A stretch of 64,000 nucleotides of DNA, from contig CAVXVG010000005.1 of the NCBI GenBank assembly GCA_963765145.1, forward strand, positions 1 through 64,000, given 5' to 3'. Origin of the DNA: Parachlamydiales bacterium. GTDB lineage: Bacteria; Chlamydiota; Chlamydiia; Chlamydiales; JAJFMK01. The notes under the pieces were generated by a model. The model was not told the DNA's origin and did no database searches. It was given only the letters and a program-made list of their open reading frames with translations. Position numbers and translations under genes: made by a program. This document shows, piece by piece, positions 46,270 through 56,034 of this stretch; position 1 is the stretch's first letter; every line of letters begins with the position of its first letter.

Positions 46270-47254
46270 TGGCGGTGTTGGCAACGGGAGCGGTTGAGGT
46301 GATGATGACTTGGCCGAGGGTGGGGGCGATGTCCCAAAACTTTTCGATGCGGATGGGGTCTAGGCTGGCTGTCAAATCGTCCAGAAGAAGAAGAGGCTTC
46401 CCTTCATGGATGGCATGGTGGGCCAGCTTTATGGCCAATAAATAAGATTTTTTTTCCCCTTCGCTTCCAAAATGACGAATTTCCCTTCCATCAGCATGAA
46501 AAAGAATGTCATCTCGGTGGGGCCCGTTCAATGTATAGCCGCAATCGAGCTCCTTTTCCCTTGCTGTTTTCCACAGCTCTCTTAAATTTGTTTTGGTTTT
46601 GTAAACAAACTCCATCTTTTTGTGTACGCCAAGGAGATGACGAAAAAGAGGGTCGGCGTGAGGCAACAGTTTTTGCAGCCCCTGTTCTCGTTCCGAAATC
46701 AGGTAAAGGGCGCTTTTTTCTAGTTCAGTTTCAATCGCATCGAGCATCTGAACGCGCTTGCTTTTCAAGTTCCCATTTCGGCACTCCAAACCCTTTTGAT
46801 AACGAAGTCTATGGTGCAGATAAGTGGGATTCTGTTTGGCTAACAGTAGGTCAAGAAAACGGCGCCGGTCATCTGAAGAACCGGTTATGAGGGTGGCATC
46901 TTGAGGAGTTAAAGAAACTGCAGGGATCAGGCCCAACACTTCGCTTGCACCGCTCAATTTTTTTTGACCGGCGTAAAAACTCGCCTTTTCATCAAAAGTC
47001 CAGCCAAGTTGATGGTGCATGGCCGTGCCGGATTTATAATGCAATTTTGCAAATGCTTTAGAAAAGCCCTCTTCAACAAGATGTTGGGCTCTTTTTGTTC
47101 TAAACGATTGGCCAAAAATAAAAAGGGTTAAAGCCTCAAGGATCGAACTTTTACCTGCTCCATTTTCTCCCCAAAGCAGGTGAATCCCGTCCGAAAAAGA
47201 AAAAGCAGCTTCTTCAAAGCACCGAAAATGGGAAAGAAGAAGCTGCTCGATCAT
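46226..47254 (-). CDS. recF: DNA replication and repair protein RecF
   Basis: GENGAGKS, RRRFLD, GPHRDD, GSEGEKK, LLLLDD; follows dnaN. Confidence 0.95.
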   Translation of the reverse strand: MIEQLLLSHFRCFEEAAFSFSDGIHLLWGENGAGKSSILEALTLFIFGQSFRTKRAQHLVEEGFSKAFAKLHYKSGTAMHHQLGWTFDEKASFYAGQKKLSGASEVLGLIPAVSLTPQDATLITGSSDDRRRFLDLLLAKQNPTYLHHRLRYQKGLECRNGNLKSKRVQMLDAIETELEKSALYLISEREQGLQKLLPHADPLFRHLLGVHKKMEFVYKTKTNLRELWKTAREKELDCGYTLNGPHRDDILFHADGREIRHFGSEGEKKSYLLAIKLAHHAIHEGKPLLLLDDLTASLDPIRIEKFWDIAPTLGQVIITSTAPVANTATHHTEIRKKINSPR

Positions 47255-47269
47255 TTTTACGATGAGATA

Positions 47270-48397
47270 CTAATGTGTCTCTTCAAGACGCATTGGCATC
47301 AACATGAAGAGAGGGGTCGTTTTCGAATTGTATCCTTCAGGCTCTTGGTCGATCAAAAGGCCGGGATTGTACGCATCGGTGATTCCCAAAGTGACTGTTT
47401 CTCCTTTGCAGTGGCGAAGGATGTCTAAAAAATAACCGGGGTTAAAGGCGATGTCAATTTTATCCCCGCTGTATTGTAGAGGCATCGATACTTTTCCTTC
47501 TCCCACCTCGGCTGCGTTAGCAGATAATTTGAGCTCTTCTGGGCAAAAAGAGAATCTTACCGATTGAGAAGCATCAGCTGTAAACAGAGAGATTTGTCTC
47601 AATAAGGAGATCAATTCATCTCTGTGGATAGTCAACATTTCTTGCGGGCTTTGAGGAATGACTCGCATAAAGTCAGGAAATTCGCCCGGAAGCAGTTTAG
47701 TGACAAAAAGGAATGAGGGTGTTTGGACAGCTACTCGATCGGGTTGGAGATAGAGGACCATTTTCTCTTCCCCTTCCAAGTTTCTGAGCAGCTCATCCAC
47801 CGCACGGATGGGGAGGATGGCATTTCCAAGAAATTCTTGAGTTCCAATAGGAGGAAGGTGGGCTTTTGACAACTTTTTCCCATCAGTCCCAACAAAGGTA
47901 ACCAGCCCCTCTTCAATTCTCATCAACACGCCGGTCAAAGCGTAGCGGCTATCTTCTTTTGAAACGGCAAAAGCCGTTTTATAAAGAGACTCTTTGAACG
48001 TTTTTGCGTCGATTGTGGTTTTTTGTGCCCCTTGAAGATCGGGGAAAGGAGGGTATTCAGCAGGGGGAAGAGCGTGGATTTTAAAGCGAGAAGCATTGGC
48101 GTTGATCTCAATGACCTCGTCTTTTCCTTTCCAAATTTCCACCGCGTGGCAGGTTAATTCGTTGATGAGCTGAGTAAGCCTGCGCGCAGGAAGGGTAGTA
48201 GCCCCCTCTTCTTGCACTCGGGCTTCGGCAAATGTTTGCATACCGATCACAAGATCGGTACCTGTTACAGTCAGTGTATTCCCTTTAGCTTCCAATAAAA
48301 TATTGGATAGAATTGGGAGGGCTGCTTTTTGCCCCACAACTGTCTGTAGACGCTTTAATAATTGAAGAAGATCTTGTCTTTGAGCAATAAATCGCAT
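47270..48397 (-). CDS. dnaN: DNA polymerase III beta clamp (probable start MRFIAQ)
   Basis: LPILSNILL, GTDL, RYALTGV, GTDGKKL, FPDF.RVIP, IAFNP.Y.LD.L, LMPMRL. Confidence 0.97.
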   Translation of the reverse strand: MRFIAQRQDLLQLLKRLQTVVGQKAALPILSNILLEAKGNTLTVTGTDLVIGMQTFAEARVQEEGATTLPARRLTQLINELTCHAVEIWKGKDEVIEINANASRFKIHALPPAEYPPFPDLQGAQKTTIDAKTFKESLYKTAFAVSKEDSRYALTGVLMRIEEGLVTFVGTDGKKLSKAHLPPIGTQEFLGNAILPIRAVDELLRNLEGEEKMVLYLQPDRVAVQTPSFLFVTKLLPGEFPDFMRVIPQSPQEMLTIHRDELISLLRQISLFTADASQSVRFSFCPEELKLSANAAEVGEGKVSMPLQYSGDKIDIAFNPGYFLDILRHCKGETVTLGITDAYNPGLLIDQEPEGYNSKTTPLFMLMPMRLEETH

Positions 48398-48480
48398 AGT
48401 ACTGGCACTTTTTACAAAACGGGAGCATATCATTTTTCCCGTTTTCAGATTAGACTTCTTTTCGAGTATAATAATTCGAT

Positions 48481-48924
48481 ATGACCGACCTTGTTTCCAA
48501 CAGAAAAGCCTTTCATGACTATGAAATTCTTGAGACTTTAGAGTCTGGAATTGCTCTTGTCGGAACGGAAGTCAAGTCGCTTCGTGAACACCACGGTAGT
48601 TTGTCAGACGCCTTTGTCATCTTTGAAGAGGGAGAAGCTATTTTGATTTCTTCCGCAATCACCCCTTATCGGTTTGGAAATGTCCATAACCATGAAGAGC
48701 GGAGAAAAAGAAAGCTACTCCTCCATAAAAAAGAAATTTTTGACCTGAAAAGGAAAAGAGAAGAGAAGGGGCTTACCATCATTCCCCTTGCATTTTACCT
48801 GAAAAAGGGGAAAGTCAAAGTGCGCCTTGCTGTTGTAAAAGGGAAAAAGCAACACGATAAACGGGCTGCCACAAAAGATCGCGAGGTTAAACGAGAAATC
48901 GACAGAGCGATGAAAGAGAAGTAG
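48481..48924 (+). CDS. smpB: SsrA-binding protein
   Basis: [39 protein letters not shown]. Confidence 0.97.
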   Translation: MTDLVSNRKAFHDYEILETLESGIALVGTEVKSLREHHGSLSDAFVIFEEGEAILISSAITPYRFGNVHNHEERRKRKLLLHKKEIFDLKRKREEKGLTIIPLAFYLKKGKVKVRLAVVKGKKQHDKRAATKDREVKREIDRAMKEK

Positions 48925-48925
48925 A

Positions 48926-49345
48926 ATGAAAGTTTTAGTTGCTGCGGTTGGTAAACCACCCAAGGGATGGGTAGCAGAAGGTCTTTCAGAGTATACCGAG
49001 CGGCTAAAAGGTGTTCTTTCAATCGAGTGGCATTTTTTTAAAACGGACGATCAGTTAATCGCGTTCGTCAAAAAGCAGAGACAGATTGTTCTTTTAGACC
49101 CCAATGGTAAGCAAGTAACAAGCCCTGCTTTTTCGACTCTATTTCATCAAAAAGTGGTCGAGGGGGGCGCCTCTATTACTTTCGTCATTGGCGGCTCCGA
49201 CGGCCTTCCCGAATCGCTCAAAAGCCAGGGACACCTGCTGAGCCTTTCTTCCCTGACCTTTACCCATCAGATGGCGCCTCTCATCCTGATCGAGCAGATC
49301 TACCGCGCCATCGAAATCGCAAAAGGCACTCCCTACCACAAGTGA
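48926..49345 (+). CDS. rlmH: 23S rRNA pseudouridine-1915 N3-methyltransferase
   Basis: VGK, LDPNGK..TS..F, FVIGGSDG, SLS.LTFTH, EQIYRA..I..G.PYHK. Confidence 0.95.
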   Translation: MKVLVAAVGKPPKGWVAEGLSEYTERLKGVLSIEWHFFKTDDQLIAFVKKQRQIVLLDPNGKQVTSPAFSTLFHQKVVEGGASITFVIGGSDGLPESLKSQGHLLSLSSLTFTHQMAPLILIEQIYRAIEIAKGTPYHK

Positions 49346-49395
49346 ATAAACGTGCCCGAACAAAAAAAGGCGGAGCGAAGAGGATGAAATAACGA

Positions 49396-49448
49396 AAAAG
49401 TCACCCATCGGTAGTATATTGGCTGGCATACACCGATGGGTGACTTTT
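49396..49448. terminator. Bidirectional hairpin between convergent rlmH and the chloride channel gene
   Basis: 17-bp IR AAAAGTCACCCATCGGT / ACCGATGGGTGACTTTT. Confidence 0.7.
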
Positions 49449-49476
49449 ATCGTTATTTCGCCTCTGCAGGCCTCGC

Positions 49477-50835
49477 CTACCGGGAGGCTTTAAGGCCGCG
49501 GGGCAATAATATGCCACGCCTAAAGAGTCTGAGGGTGTAAATGCTTTCGTGGCAGATGGCTGCGCGAACGCTATAAGCAATTGCAACCGTCAACATTGTA
49601 GGAAGGATGTGGTAAAAGTCGTGGGTCATCTCCATCACAATGACGATCGCTGTGATGACAGCGCCTGTTGTTCCTCCTACCATTCCAGCCATTCCAGCCA
49701 CAGCAAATAGACTTGCGTCAATGGCAACGCTCGGAAATAACGCATTGAAAAACTGGCCGTAGGCAGCGCCAAAGACAGCTCCTAAAACAAGCGATGGCAA
49801 AAACACACCGCCTGTTCCTCCTGATCCTAAGGTCAGGCAGGTTGCAAGGAGTTTGGAGAAAAATAAAAAAGAGAGTACCCAAGGGTTTACAAGGAGTTCT
49901 TTTAATGTATCGAAGATAAGCGCATAGCCTAAGCCCTCGATATAATAGTGACCGAAAAACACCATGCACAAGTAAAACATGACTCCTACTATAAACATGC
50001 CTATTGAATGTCGAAGATAGGGGTTTTTAAAGACTGCATGGAACAGGTCGTCAAGGCCGCAAAGAAGGTAAATAAATAGGGCGCTTGCGAGGCCTAAAAA
50101 GATGCCGAAAGGGATGAAAAACAGAGTCATCTGCAATATTGACGGATAATCTAGAGGAGGCAAAGAGGCGACTAGAAGGACAGGATCCATTCCGAAAAGG
50201 AAATAACCAATAAATGTGGCCACAACAGTAGAAATGGTGACCAAGCTGATGCTGGTTTCATTAACAGATACAAGAAGTAATTCAAGTGCAAATAGCATTC
50301 CGCCAAGAGGCGCGTTAAATGTGGCGGCAAGTCCGGCAGCACCTCCTGCTGCAACAAGCATGGTGCGTTGCGCAGCAGGCATAGCAATCAATTGTCCGAT
50401 AGCTGAGCCAAGTGCACTGCCAATTTGGATGATGGGCCCTTCACGGCCAACCGAGCCGCCGCTTCCGATAGAAATGGCAGATGTTAAAGCTTTGACAAAC
50501 GCAACAACCGGCCTGATTTTGCCCCCTTGAAAGTGATTGGCATACATCACCTCAGAGACCCCATGCCCTTTAGCTTCATGAGAAACATTTTCAATCAACC
50601 ATGTGACGACCAAGCCTCCAAGCACCGGGGCAAAGATAATGCCTGCACCCCAAACGCTTGGCAACGTGTGTAGATCTGTGCCGTAATAAAAGCTAAATTC
50701 CCCCAAAAAAAAGAGGTTGTGCATCAGGTTGATGAGATTGCGAAAAATCGCCGCACCCACACCGGCCAATAGCCCAACGGCTACAGCGCACCCTATCAGG
50801 ACTGGGACCGATAAAGATTTTCTACTTGATGCCAT
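49477..50835 (-). CDS. CLC-family chloride channel / Cl-H+ antiporter
   Basis: GHGVSE, GREGP, FNAPLGG, GGVFLP and SIY signature motifs. Confidence 0.93.
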   Translation of the reverse strand: MASSRKSLSVPVLIGCAVAVGLLAGVGAAIFRNLINLMHNLFFLGEFSFYYGTDLHTLPSVWGAGIIFAPVLGGLVVTWLIENVSHEAKGHGVSEVMYANHFQGGKIRPVVAFVKALTSAISIGSGGSVGREGPIIQIGSALGSAIGQLIAMPAAQRTMLVAAGGAAGLAATFNAPLGGMLFALELLLVSVNETSISLVTISTVVATFIGYFLFGMDPVLLVASLPPLDYPSILQMTLFFIPFGIFLGLASALFIYLLCGLDDLFHAVFKNPYLRHSIGMFIVGVMFYLCMVFFGHYYIEGLGYALIFDTLKELLVNPWVLSFLFFSKLLATCLTLGSGGTGGVFLPSLVLGAVFGAAYGQFFNALFPSVAIDASLFAVAGMAGMVGGTTGAVITAIVIVMEMTHDFYHILPTMLTVAIAYSVRAAICHESIYTLRLFRRGILLPRGLKASR

Positions 50836-50849
50836 CTGGGGTGCAAAAA

Positions 50850-51341
50850 CTAAGCAGGTTTTAGCGAACGATAGACGCGTAGCGAGGCAACGCCGCCTTG
50901 GATCAGGGCAACGCCGACAGCCACATCAATAAAGCCGCGGACATCAATTGGAACGGGTAGATTATTGATCAACATCCCAAGTGTCATCATGACCCCTAAG
51001 ATGATCCATCCTTTCCGATCATAGGCTTGTGAAAGGGGGATTGGGTTGGTTTCAGACTGCAGCCGTAATAGGTTTCTTTCCACCCCGGGTACAATGACTT
51101 TCCGACCTTTAAAAACGCCTGCAACAAGAGCAATGATCACTAAAAAAATCATAGCCATGCTTGCATCGCCAAAAAGAGAAGTGAGAGGTCGCACAAAAGG
51201 GAGTGTTAAAGAGGGAAGTTCTCCTGCAAGGCTTGTCGCCTCTGAAATAAAATTAACGCCTTTTCTATTGAGCATGATGCCCGCAAGGAAATAGGGCAAG
51301 CCAGAGAGAAAAATGATCAGTTGCGGTTTAAACCGAAGCAT
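50850..51341 (-). CDS. Small membrane protein, about 4 TM segments
   Basis: Hydrophobic segments, AAGGAG RBS, RGFIDVAVG.ALI.G motif. Confidence 0.75.
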   Translation of the reverse strand: MLRFKPQLIIFLSGLPYFLAGIMLNRKGVNFISEATSLAGELPSLTLPFVRPLTSLFGDASMAMIFLVIIALVAGVFKGRKVIVPGVERNLLRLQSETNPIPLSQAYDRKGWIILGVMMTLGMLINNLPVPIDVRGFIDVAVGVALIQGGVASLRVYRSLKPA

Positions 51342-51389
51342 GGGAAAGACTCCTTAAAATAGAATATTTTAAGGAGTGCTCCCATTAAT

Positions 51390-52484
51390 TTAGTAGGTAA
51401 ATGATGCGGAAAGGACAAGACCTTGGAAAGAAAGGTCATTGCTGGATTGGTTGGCATTAGGTGATACAACAACTTGGCCGAGAGAAAAATTGGCAAAATT
51501 CACTTGTCTGAAATATTGATGGAGTTCCCAACCGGCTTTCAGTTGCAATAACCCGTTGCCGTTTTCATACATAAAATGGTTCCATTGCACACCAAAAGCT
51601 AGATCCATGATGGTGCGGACGACGTTTGGCCTATATGTACTTTCTACAGTAATAAGTGATGTGAAATTTAGTACGTTTGTTCCCGCCCCGGAAAGAGAGG
51701 ATTTATTTTTACCATATAGCAGGGCTGTGGAAAAATCTCCGTATAGCCCAAGGCCGCACATCATGTCCCAGGTAGAGGAAAGGCCTGCCACAATTCCAAT
51801 TCCCTTAAATTCATTCCTTAACTTTGCGGTAATGGTAGCGGTATTTGAAATAATGGAGCCGTCGGTTGTAAAGATTTGGTTAAAAGAGGAAGTTTTTTGA
51901 TTTAAGAAAAGGGCTCGTAATCCACCATAGGGTTTTAATGTGACCTTATGGCCGACATAAAATTCCCTATTGATGACAAGATCCGCTTGCTCTAATTCCA
52001 CTTGCCAGTGGGCCTTTAAACTGGAATCGGAAACAGCTGTAAAATTAGTTGAGTTGACATAGGGAGATGCGACCAGTGTTGTTGTAGTCGTCGTATTTGC
52101 TAATGCCGTGGAGTAGAAGAAATCGTGCAAGTAGTGAGTCCAATTGAACGCGACTCTCCATTCATTGCAAGGCCATCCTGCATCTACGCCTACTCTAAAG
52201 CCCGCTTTGTATTCATACTTGTAATCTTGCAAGCTCACAAAGATCGCCTCAGATAAGACATCGCCCGCTAGTCTTGCTGGCGAATTGATCGTAATGGCAG
52301 CGGGATTTCCTTCTGCATGCGGTTGCCAGTAAAGGAAATCAAAATGGCCTCCCCAAACACAGCATTCATTTGAGATTAAAGGAGGGTTGACTGCGTAGGT
52401 GTAGCAGTTCGGATCATCCAAAGCCATACAGCAAGGACCAGCAAAAAGAGTGATGGGGGCTAAAAGAGATAGAAATTTTTTCAT
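51390..52484 (-). CDS. Lpg1974/MOMP-like outer-membrane porin
   Basis: Signal peptide, FLYWQ, GFRVG, REFYVG...L.PYGGLR, F.G.G, AGWE, QGL; aromatic C-terminal residue. Confidence 0.85.
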   Translation of the reverse strand: MKKFLSLLAPITLFAGPCCMALDDPNCYTYAVNPPLISNECCVWGGHFDFLYWQPHAEGNPAAITINSPARLAGDVLSEAIFVSLQDYKYEYKAGFRVGVDAGWPCNEWRVAFNWTHYLHDFFYSTALANTTTTTTLVASPYVNSTNFTAVSDSSLKAHWQVELEQADLVINREFYVGHKVTLKPYGGLRALFLNQKTSSFNQIFTTDGSIISNTATITAKLRNEFKGIGIVAGLSSTWDMMCGLGLYGDFSTALLYGKNKSSLSGAGTNVLNFTSLITVESTYRPNVVRTIMDLAFGVQWNHFMYENGNGLLQLKAGWELHQYFRQVNFANFSLGQVVVSPNANQSSNDLSFQGLVLSASFTY

Positions 52485-52491
52485 TATAGGC

Positions 52492-53589
52492 CTAATGGTT
52501 AAAGGTTGCGGATAGAACGAGTCCCTGGAAAGCTATGTTACTGGCCGGCTTTTTGAAGCTGCCACCCACAAACATCTGGTCTTCGCTCAAATTCATAAGA
52601 GTGTTTTGGTTAAAATAAAGGTGTTCTTCCCAACCGGCCCTTAAGCAGACGACACTTCCATTGGCTAAGTTGGAACTTTTCCACTGAAGGCCAAGGGCAA
52701 AATCGAACGCATATTTGACCGTATTGAGGTCGTGAGAAAAATGGGCGTTTATAAAAGTTAAGTTTTGGCCTAATTCAAGGCCGGTATTGGTTAGTTGGCC
52801 TTGTAGGGTTGACCGACTTTTTCCGTAAAAAATGGAACATTTCATATCGGTGTATAAGCTGCATTGGCAGAGAAAGTCCCAAGTAGAGAAAAATCCTCCC
52901 ACCAAACCTACCCCTTTAAAATCGGTTGAGGCTTTAAGGTTTGTGGTAGAAGTATTGAATGACTGCCCAACGGGCGCACCGTGGATGGTGTTAGAGGCTT
53001 CGACTTTTTGTTTTAACAAAAAGGCCCTCAAGCCTCCATAGGGACAAAAAGTTACTTGATGTCCAAAGTAAAATTTCCGATTCAATACAAGGTCAAGCAC
53101 CTCTAGTTGCGTGCGCAAAGAAGAATCGACGAATGAATCCGAGTATAAAACATCATTGTCTTGAGGCGTAAAAAATCCAATGTTTAGGTAAGAGGATAGG
53201 GCAACCTGATTTCCGGTAGCTGAAACAGATCCCTGATTGTGGTGAAGGTAGTGGGTCCAATCTAAAGACACATTCCACTCGTCGCAGGGTAATCCTGCAT
53301 CAATACCTATACGAAATCCGGCTAGATAGTCATATGCATACTCTTTTGTTATGAAAGAAAACGGGCCGCTGGTTGTGGAGGATTTTGCATTAGAATCATT
53401 TTTCACCACATAGGCAAACGGGTTTTCATCTTCTGAAATTTGTAAATAGAGAAAATCGAAATGACCTCCCCAATTGCAGGTTTCACGTGAAATGGGTGGA
53501 GGGTTGACCCCAAAGGGATAGTTACAGCCGGTATCTGCTAGCAATAGGGTAGGGACTAAAAAAGTAAGGAAACCTTTTTTCATGATCAA
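52492..53589 (-). CDS. Lpg1974/MOMP-like outer-membrane porin
   Basis: Same motif series as its neighbours. Confidence 0.85.
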   Translation of the reverse strand: MIMKKGFLTFLVPTLLLADTGCNYPFGVNPPPISRETCNWGGHFDFLYLQISEDENPFAYVVKNDSNAKSSTTSGPFSFITKEYAYDYLAGFRIGIDAGLPCDEWNVSLDWTHYLHHNQGSVSATGNQVALSSYLNIGFFTPQDNDVLYSDSFVDSSLRTQLEVLDLVLNRKFYFGHQVTFCPYGGLRAFLLKQKVEASNTIHGAPVGQSFNTSTTNLKASTDFKGVGLVGGFFSTWDFLCQCSLYTDMKCSIFYGKSRSTLQGQLTNTGLELGQNLTFINAHFSHDLNTVKYAFDFALGLQWKSSNLANGSVVCLRAGWEEHLYFNQNTLMNLSEDQMFVGGSFKKPASNIAFQGLVLSATFNH

Positions 53590-54701
53590 TAAGTCAAACT
53601 AGCAGAGACAACAAGTCCTTGCAAGGTTATATCACCTGCAGGTTTGCTCAAATTAACATTGAAGAGGGCCTGATCAAATGACAAGCTAGGTAAGGTGTTT
53701 TGGCGGAAGTAAATTTGTTGTTCCCATCCTGCACGCAGGGTCAGTATAGCCCTCTGTTGGCAAAAAGATTCTCTCCATTGCAAGCCAAAAGAAAGGTCTA
53801 GTAAGGCTTTAATTTGATTGCGGTTTTGGGTCACATTGGCCGTAAAGCCGGTTGTAGGTGCATTTGTTAAAGTTGGAGTCGTTGCATTGCCTGTCAGGTT
53901 AGATTTGTTTTTCCCATAAAGGGCAGAGGCTGAAATATCCCCATAAAAACTTAAGTTGCACAAAAACTCCCAAGAAGAAAATAGGCCAGCCTCTATCCCA
54001 ACACCTTTAAAATCGGATGAGGATGTGGCAAGGCTTGTTTGGGTGGCTAAAGGTTCTCCGCCTATGAAGCTTGCGATAGTATTGGTTGTATGGACTTTTT
54101 GTTTCAAAAGGAGGATTTGCAATCCGCCATATGGCATGAGGGTCACTTGGTGGCCAATATAAAATTCTCTGCTGCATACCAGATCAATGAGGTCTAATTG
54201 GATTTTCCAGTTAGCATTGACGCTGGTTTGACCAAAAGTAACACCTGCATCAATGAACGAAAAGGTTCCGAAATTAAAATAACTACCTAAGGCAACTGTT
54301 AGCGGGTCATTCGTGAAGATAGATCCGTGGTTAGTATGGAGATAATGGGTCCAATCTGCATTTAGTCTCCATTCGTTTTGAGGTAGGCCAACGGCTATTC
54401 CTAACCTAAAGCCCCCCTCGTAATCGTAGTTAAAATCTTTAAGAGTTAAGGAATAATTCCCGTTTGGCGAAGGTGCTCTTGTCGTAACGCTGTTTGAGAT
54501 ACTTGCAGCAAACTCATTGTTTTCAACAGAAGGTCTCCAATAAAGAAAGTCTAAACGTCCTCCCCATATCCAACAAGGGTTGCAACAAATAGGTGGGTTA
54601 ACAGCGTAAGGATAACAATGTGGTTCTTGCAGCCTTTCACAACAAGGATCTGCCAAGAGGGGAGAGATTGCAGCGAGGAGAACAGGCAAAGTTATTTTCA
54701 T
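53586..54701 (-). CDS. Lpg1974/MOMP-like outer-membrane porin
   Basis: Same motif series; overlaps the start of the next paralogue. Confidence 0.85.
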   Translation of the reverse strand: MKITLPVLLAAISPLLADPCCERLQEPHCYPYAVNPPICCNPCWIWGGRLDFLYWRPSVENNEFAASISNSVTTRAPSPNGNYSLTLKDFNYDYEGGFRLGIAVGLPQNEWRLNADWTHYLHTNHGSIFTNDPLTVALGSYFNFGTFSFIDAGVTFGQTSVNANWKIQLDLIDLVCSREFYIGHQVTLMPYGGLQILLLKQKVHTTNTIASFIGGEPLATQTSLATSSSDFKGVGIEAGLFSSWEFLCNLSFYGDISASALYGKNKSNLTGNATTPTLTNAPTTGFTANVTQNRNQIKALLDLSFGLQWRESFCQQRAILTLRAGWEQQIYFRQNTLPSLSFDQALFNVNLSKPAGDITLQGLVVSASLTY

Positions 54702-54880
54702 TATCCAACCTTCTGAAGTATGTATTTGAGAGTCATGGAAAAAAGATTTTTATGCAACGCATTAAAGCTTTTTGTAAGAAAGCTCAGTGGTCATCTGTTT
54801 GGCAAATATCTTATGAAAGTGCTAGTGTCTAATTGCGTAAATAAGTGATCATATTTTTAACCAAAATTACCCTCTAGAGG

Positions 54881-55651
54881 ATGATGACAGCCCTTCCTTT
54901 TCTTGCATTCCTAGGTGGCATAGGCGCCACATTTTTAATATACCCTTTTTGGAGCTCGATCCTTATAAAAAGGAAAAAACGGTTTGCACCAGGAACACTT
55001 GTTATTGATTCAAGTGCACTTTTAGACCCACGCTTAGTTGATGTCGCAGTTTCAGGGTTATTAGATAAGAGATTGTTATTGCCTCACAGTGTTCTTAAAA
55101 AATTATCATTAGAAGCGCAGTCTGAAGATGAAATGGAAAGGCTGAAAGGGAAAAAAGGGTTAGAAAACTTCCGTCGGCTTGAAGCATTGGAAAACCTTGA
55201 ACTGCAAATTGTGGATGTCAAAAGTGAAAAACGGGGCAGCACCTATCTAGAAGCCTTATCAATTGCGAAAACTTTAGACGCCGATCTATTAATTTCTGAC
55301 CCAACTTTACAAGACCCTGCTATCACTGAAGGGGTTAAAATCATCAATCTTCAACTGGTTGCACCATCCTTCAAGCAGCCTATCCAAGGTGGAGAAAAAT
55401 TGGTTGTGAAAGTGCAGCGAATGGGAAAAGAGATAGGGCAAGGGGTAGGCTATTTAGAAGATGGCACCATGGTTGTCATCAATGGTGCTTCAGACCTGAT
55501 CGGTGAAACTTTAGAAACGATTGTTCTATCTGTTAAGCATAACACCGCAGGCCGTATGGTCTTTTGCAACACCAAAGAAGAGCATGCAAAAACTGCAGAG
55601 GGGCTGCTAGATAAGATGAAGCGACCGACTCTTGCCCGATTTCCTTTATGA
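54881..55651 (+). CDS. PIN/TRAM domain protein (YacL-like)
   Basis: IDSSALLDPR PIN start; TRAM GKE.GQGVGYLEDGTMVV...AGRMVF. Confidence 0.88.
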   Translation: MMTALPFLAFLGGIGATFLIYPFWSSILIKRKKRFAPGTLVIDSSALLDPRLVDVAVSGLLDKRLLLPHSVLKKLSLEAQSEDEMERLKGKKGLENFRRLEALENLELQIVDVKSEKRGSTYLEALSIAKTLDADLLISDPTLQDPAITEGVKIINLQLVAPSFKQPIQGGEKLVVKVQRMGKEIGQGVGYLEDGTMVVINGASDLIGETLETIVLSVKHNTAGRMVFCNTKEEHAKTAEGLLDKMKRPTLARFPL

Positions 55652-56025
55652 GTGCAATCAGAGGGATTGGTCATGATCTGATCGAAATTGATCGGATCGA
55701 GAAAGTTCACAAAGAACATGGCGATCGTTTTTTGGAAAGGATTTTCACAACAGAAGAAATTAAGTACTGCTTTACGAATCGCGATCCATACCCTTCATTA
55801 GCAGCCCGATTTGCTGCCAAAGAAGCGGTGTCTAAAGCCATTGGCACAGGAATTGGCAGGGAAGTCAACTGGAAGGATATTGAAGTGAGAAGAGAAGCTT
55901 CTGGCAAGCCTGTTGTTGTGTTGAGCCGCTCCTTGCAGGCCAAATTTCCTGGTGTGGATGTTTTGCTTACCCTGTCACATACCAAAAAAATAGCTTCCGC
56001 TTTCGCTATCCTTATCCAGAAGTAA
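55648..56025 (+). CDS. acpS: Holo-[acyl-carrier-protein] synthase
   Basis: GIGHDLIEIDRI, LAARFAAKEA.SKA.GTG, LSH. Confidence 0.96.
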   Translation: MSAIRGIGHDLIEIDRIEKVHKEHGDRFLERIFTTEEIKYCFTNRDPYPSLAARFAAKEAVSKAIGTGIGREVNWKDIEVRREASGKPVVVLSRSLQAKFPGVDVLLTLSHTKKIASAFAILIQK

Positions 56026-56034
56026 AGTTAAATA

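Noticed and set aside
48924..49476. tmRNA next to smpB
   Set aside because: rlmH follows immediately, and no tRNA-like ends or tag reading frame were seen
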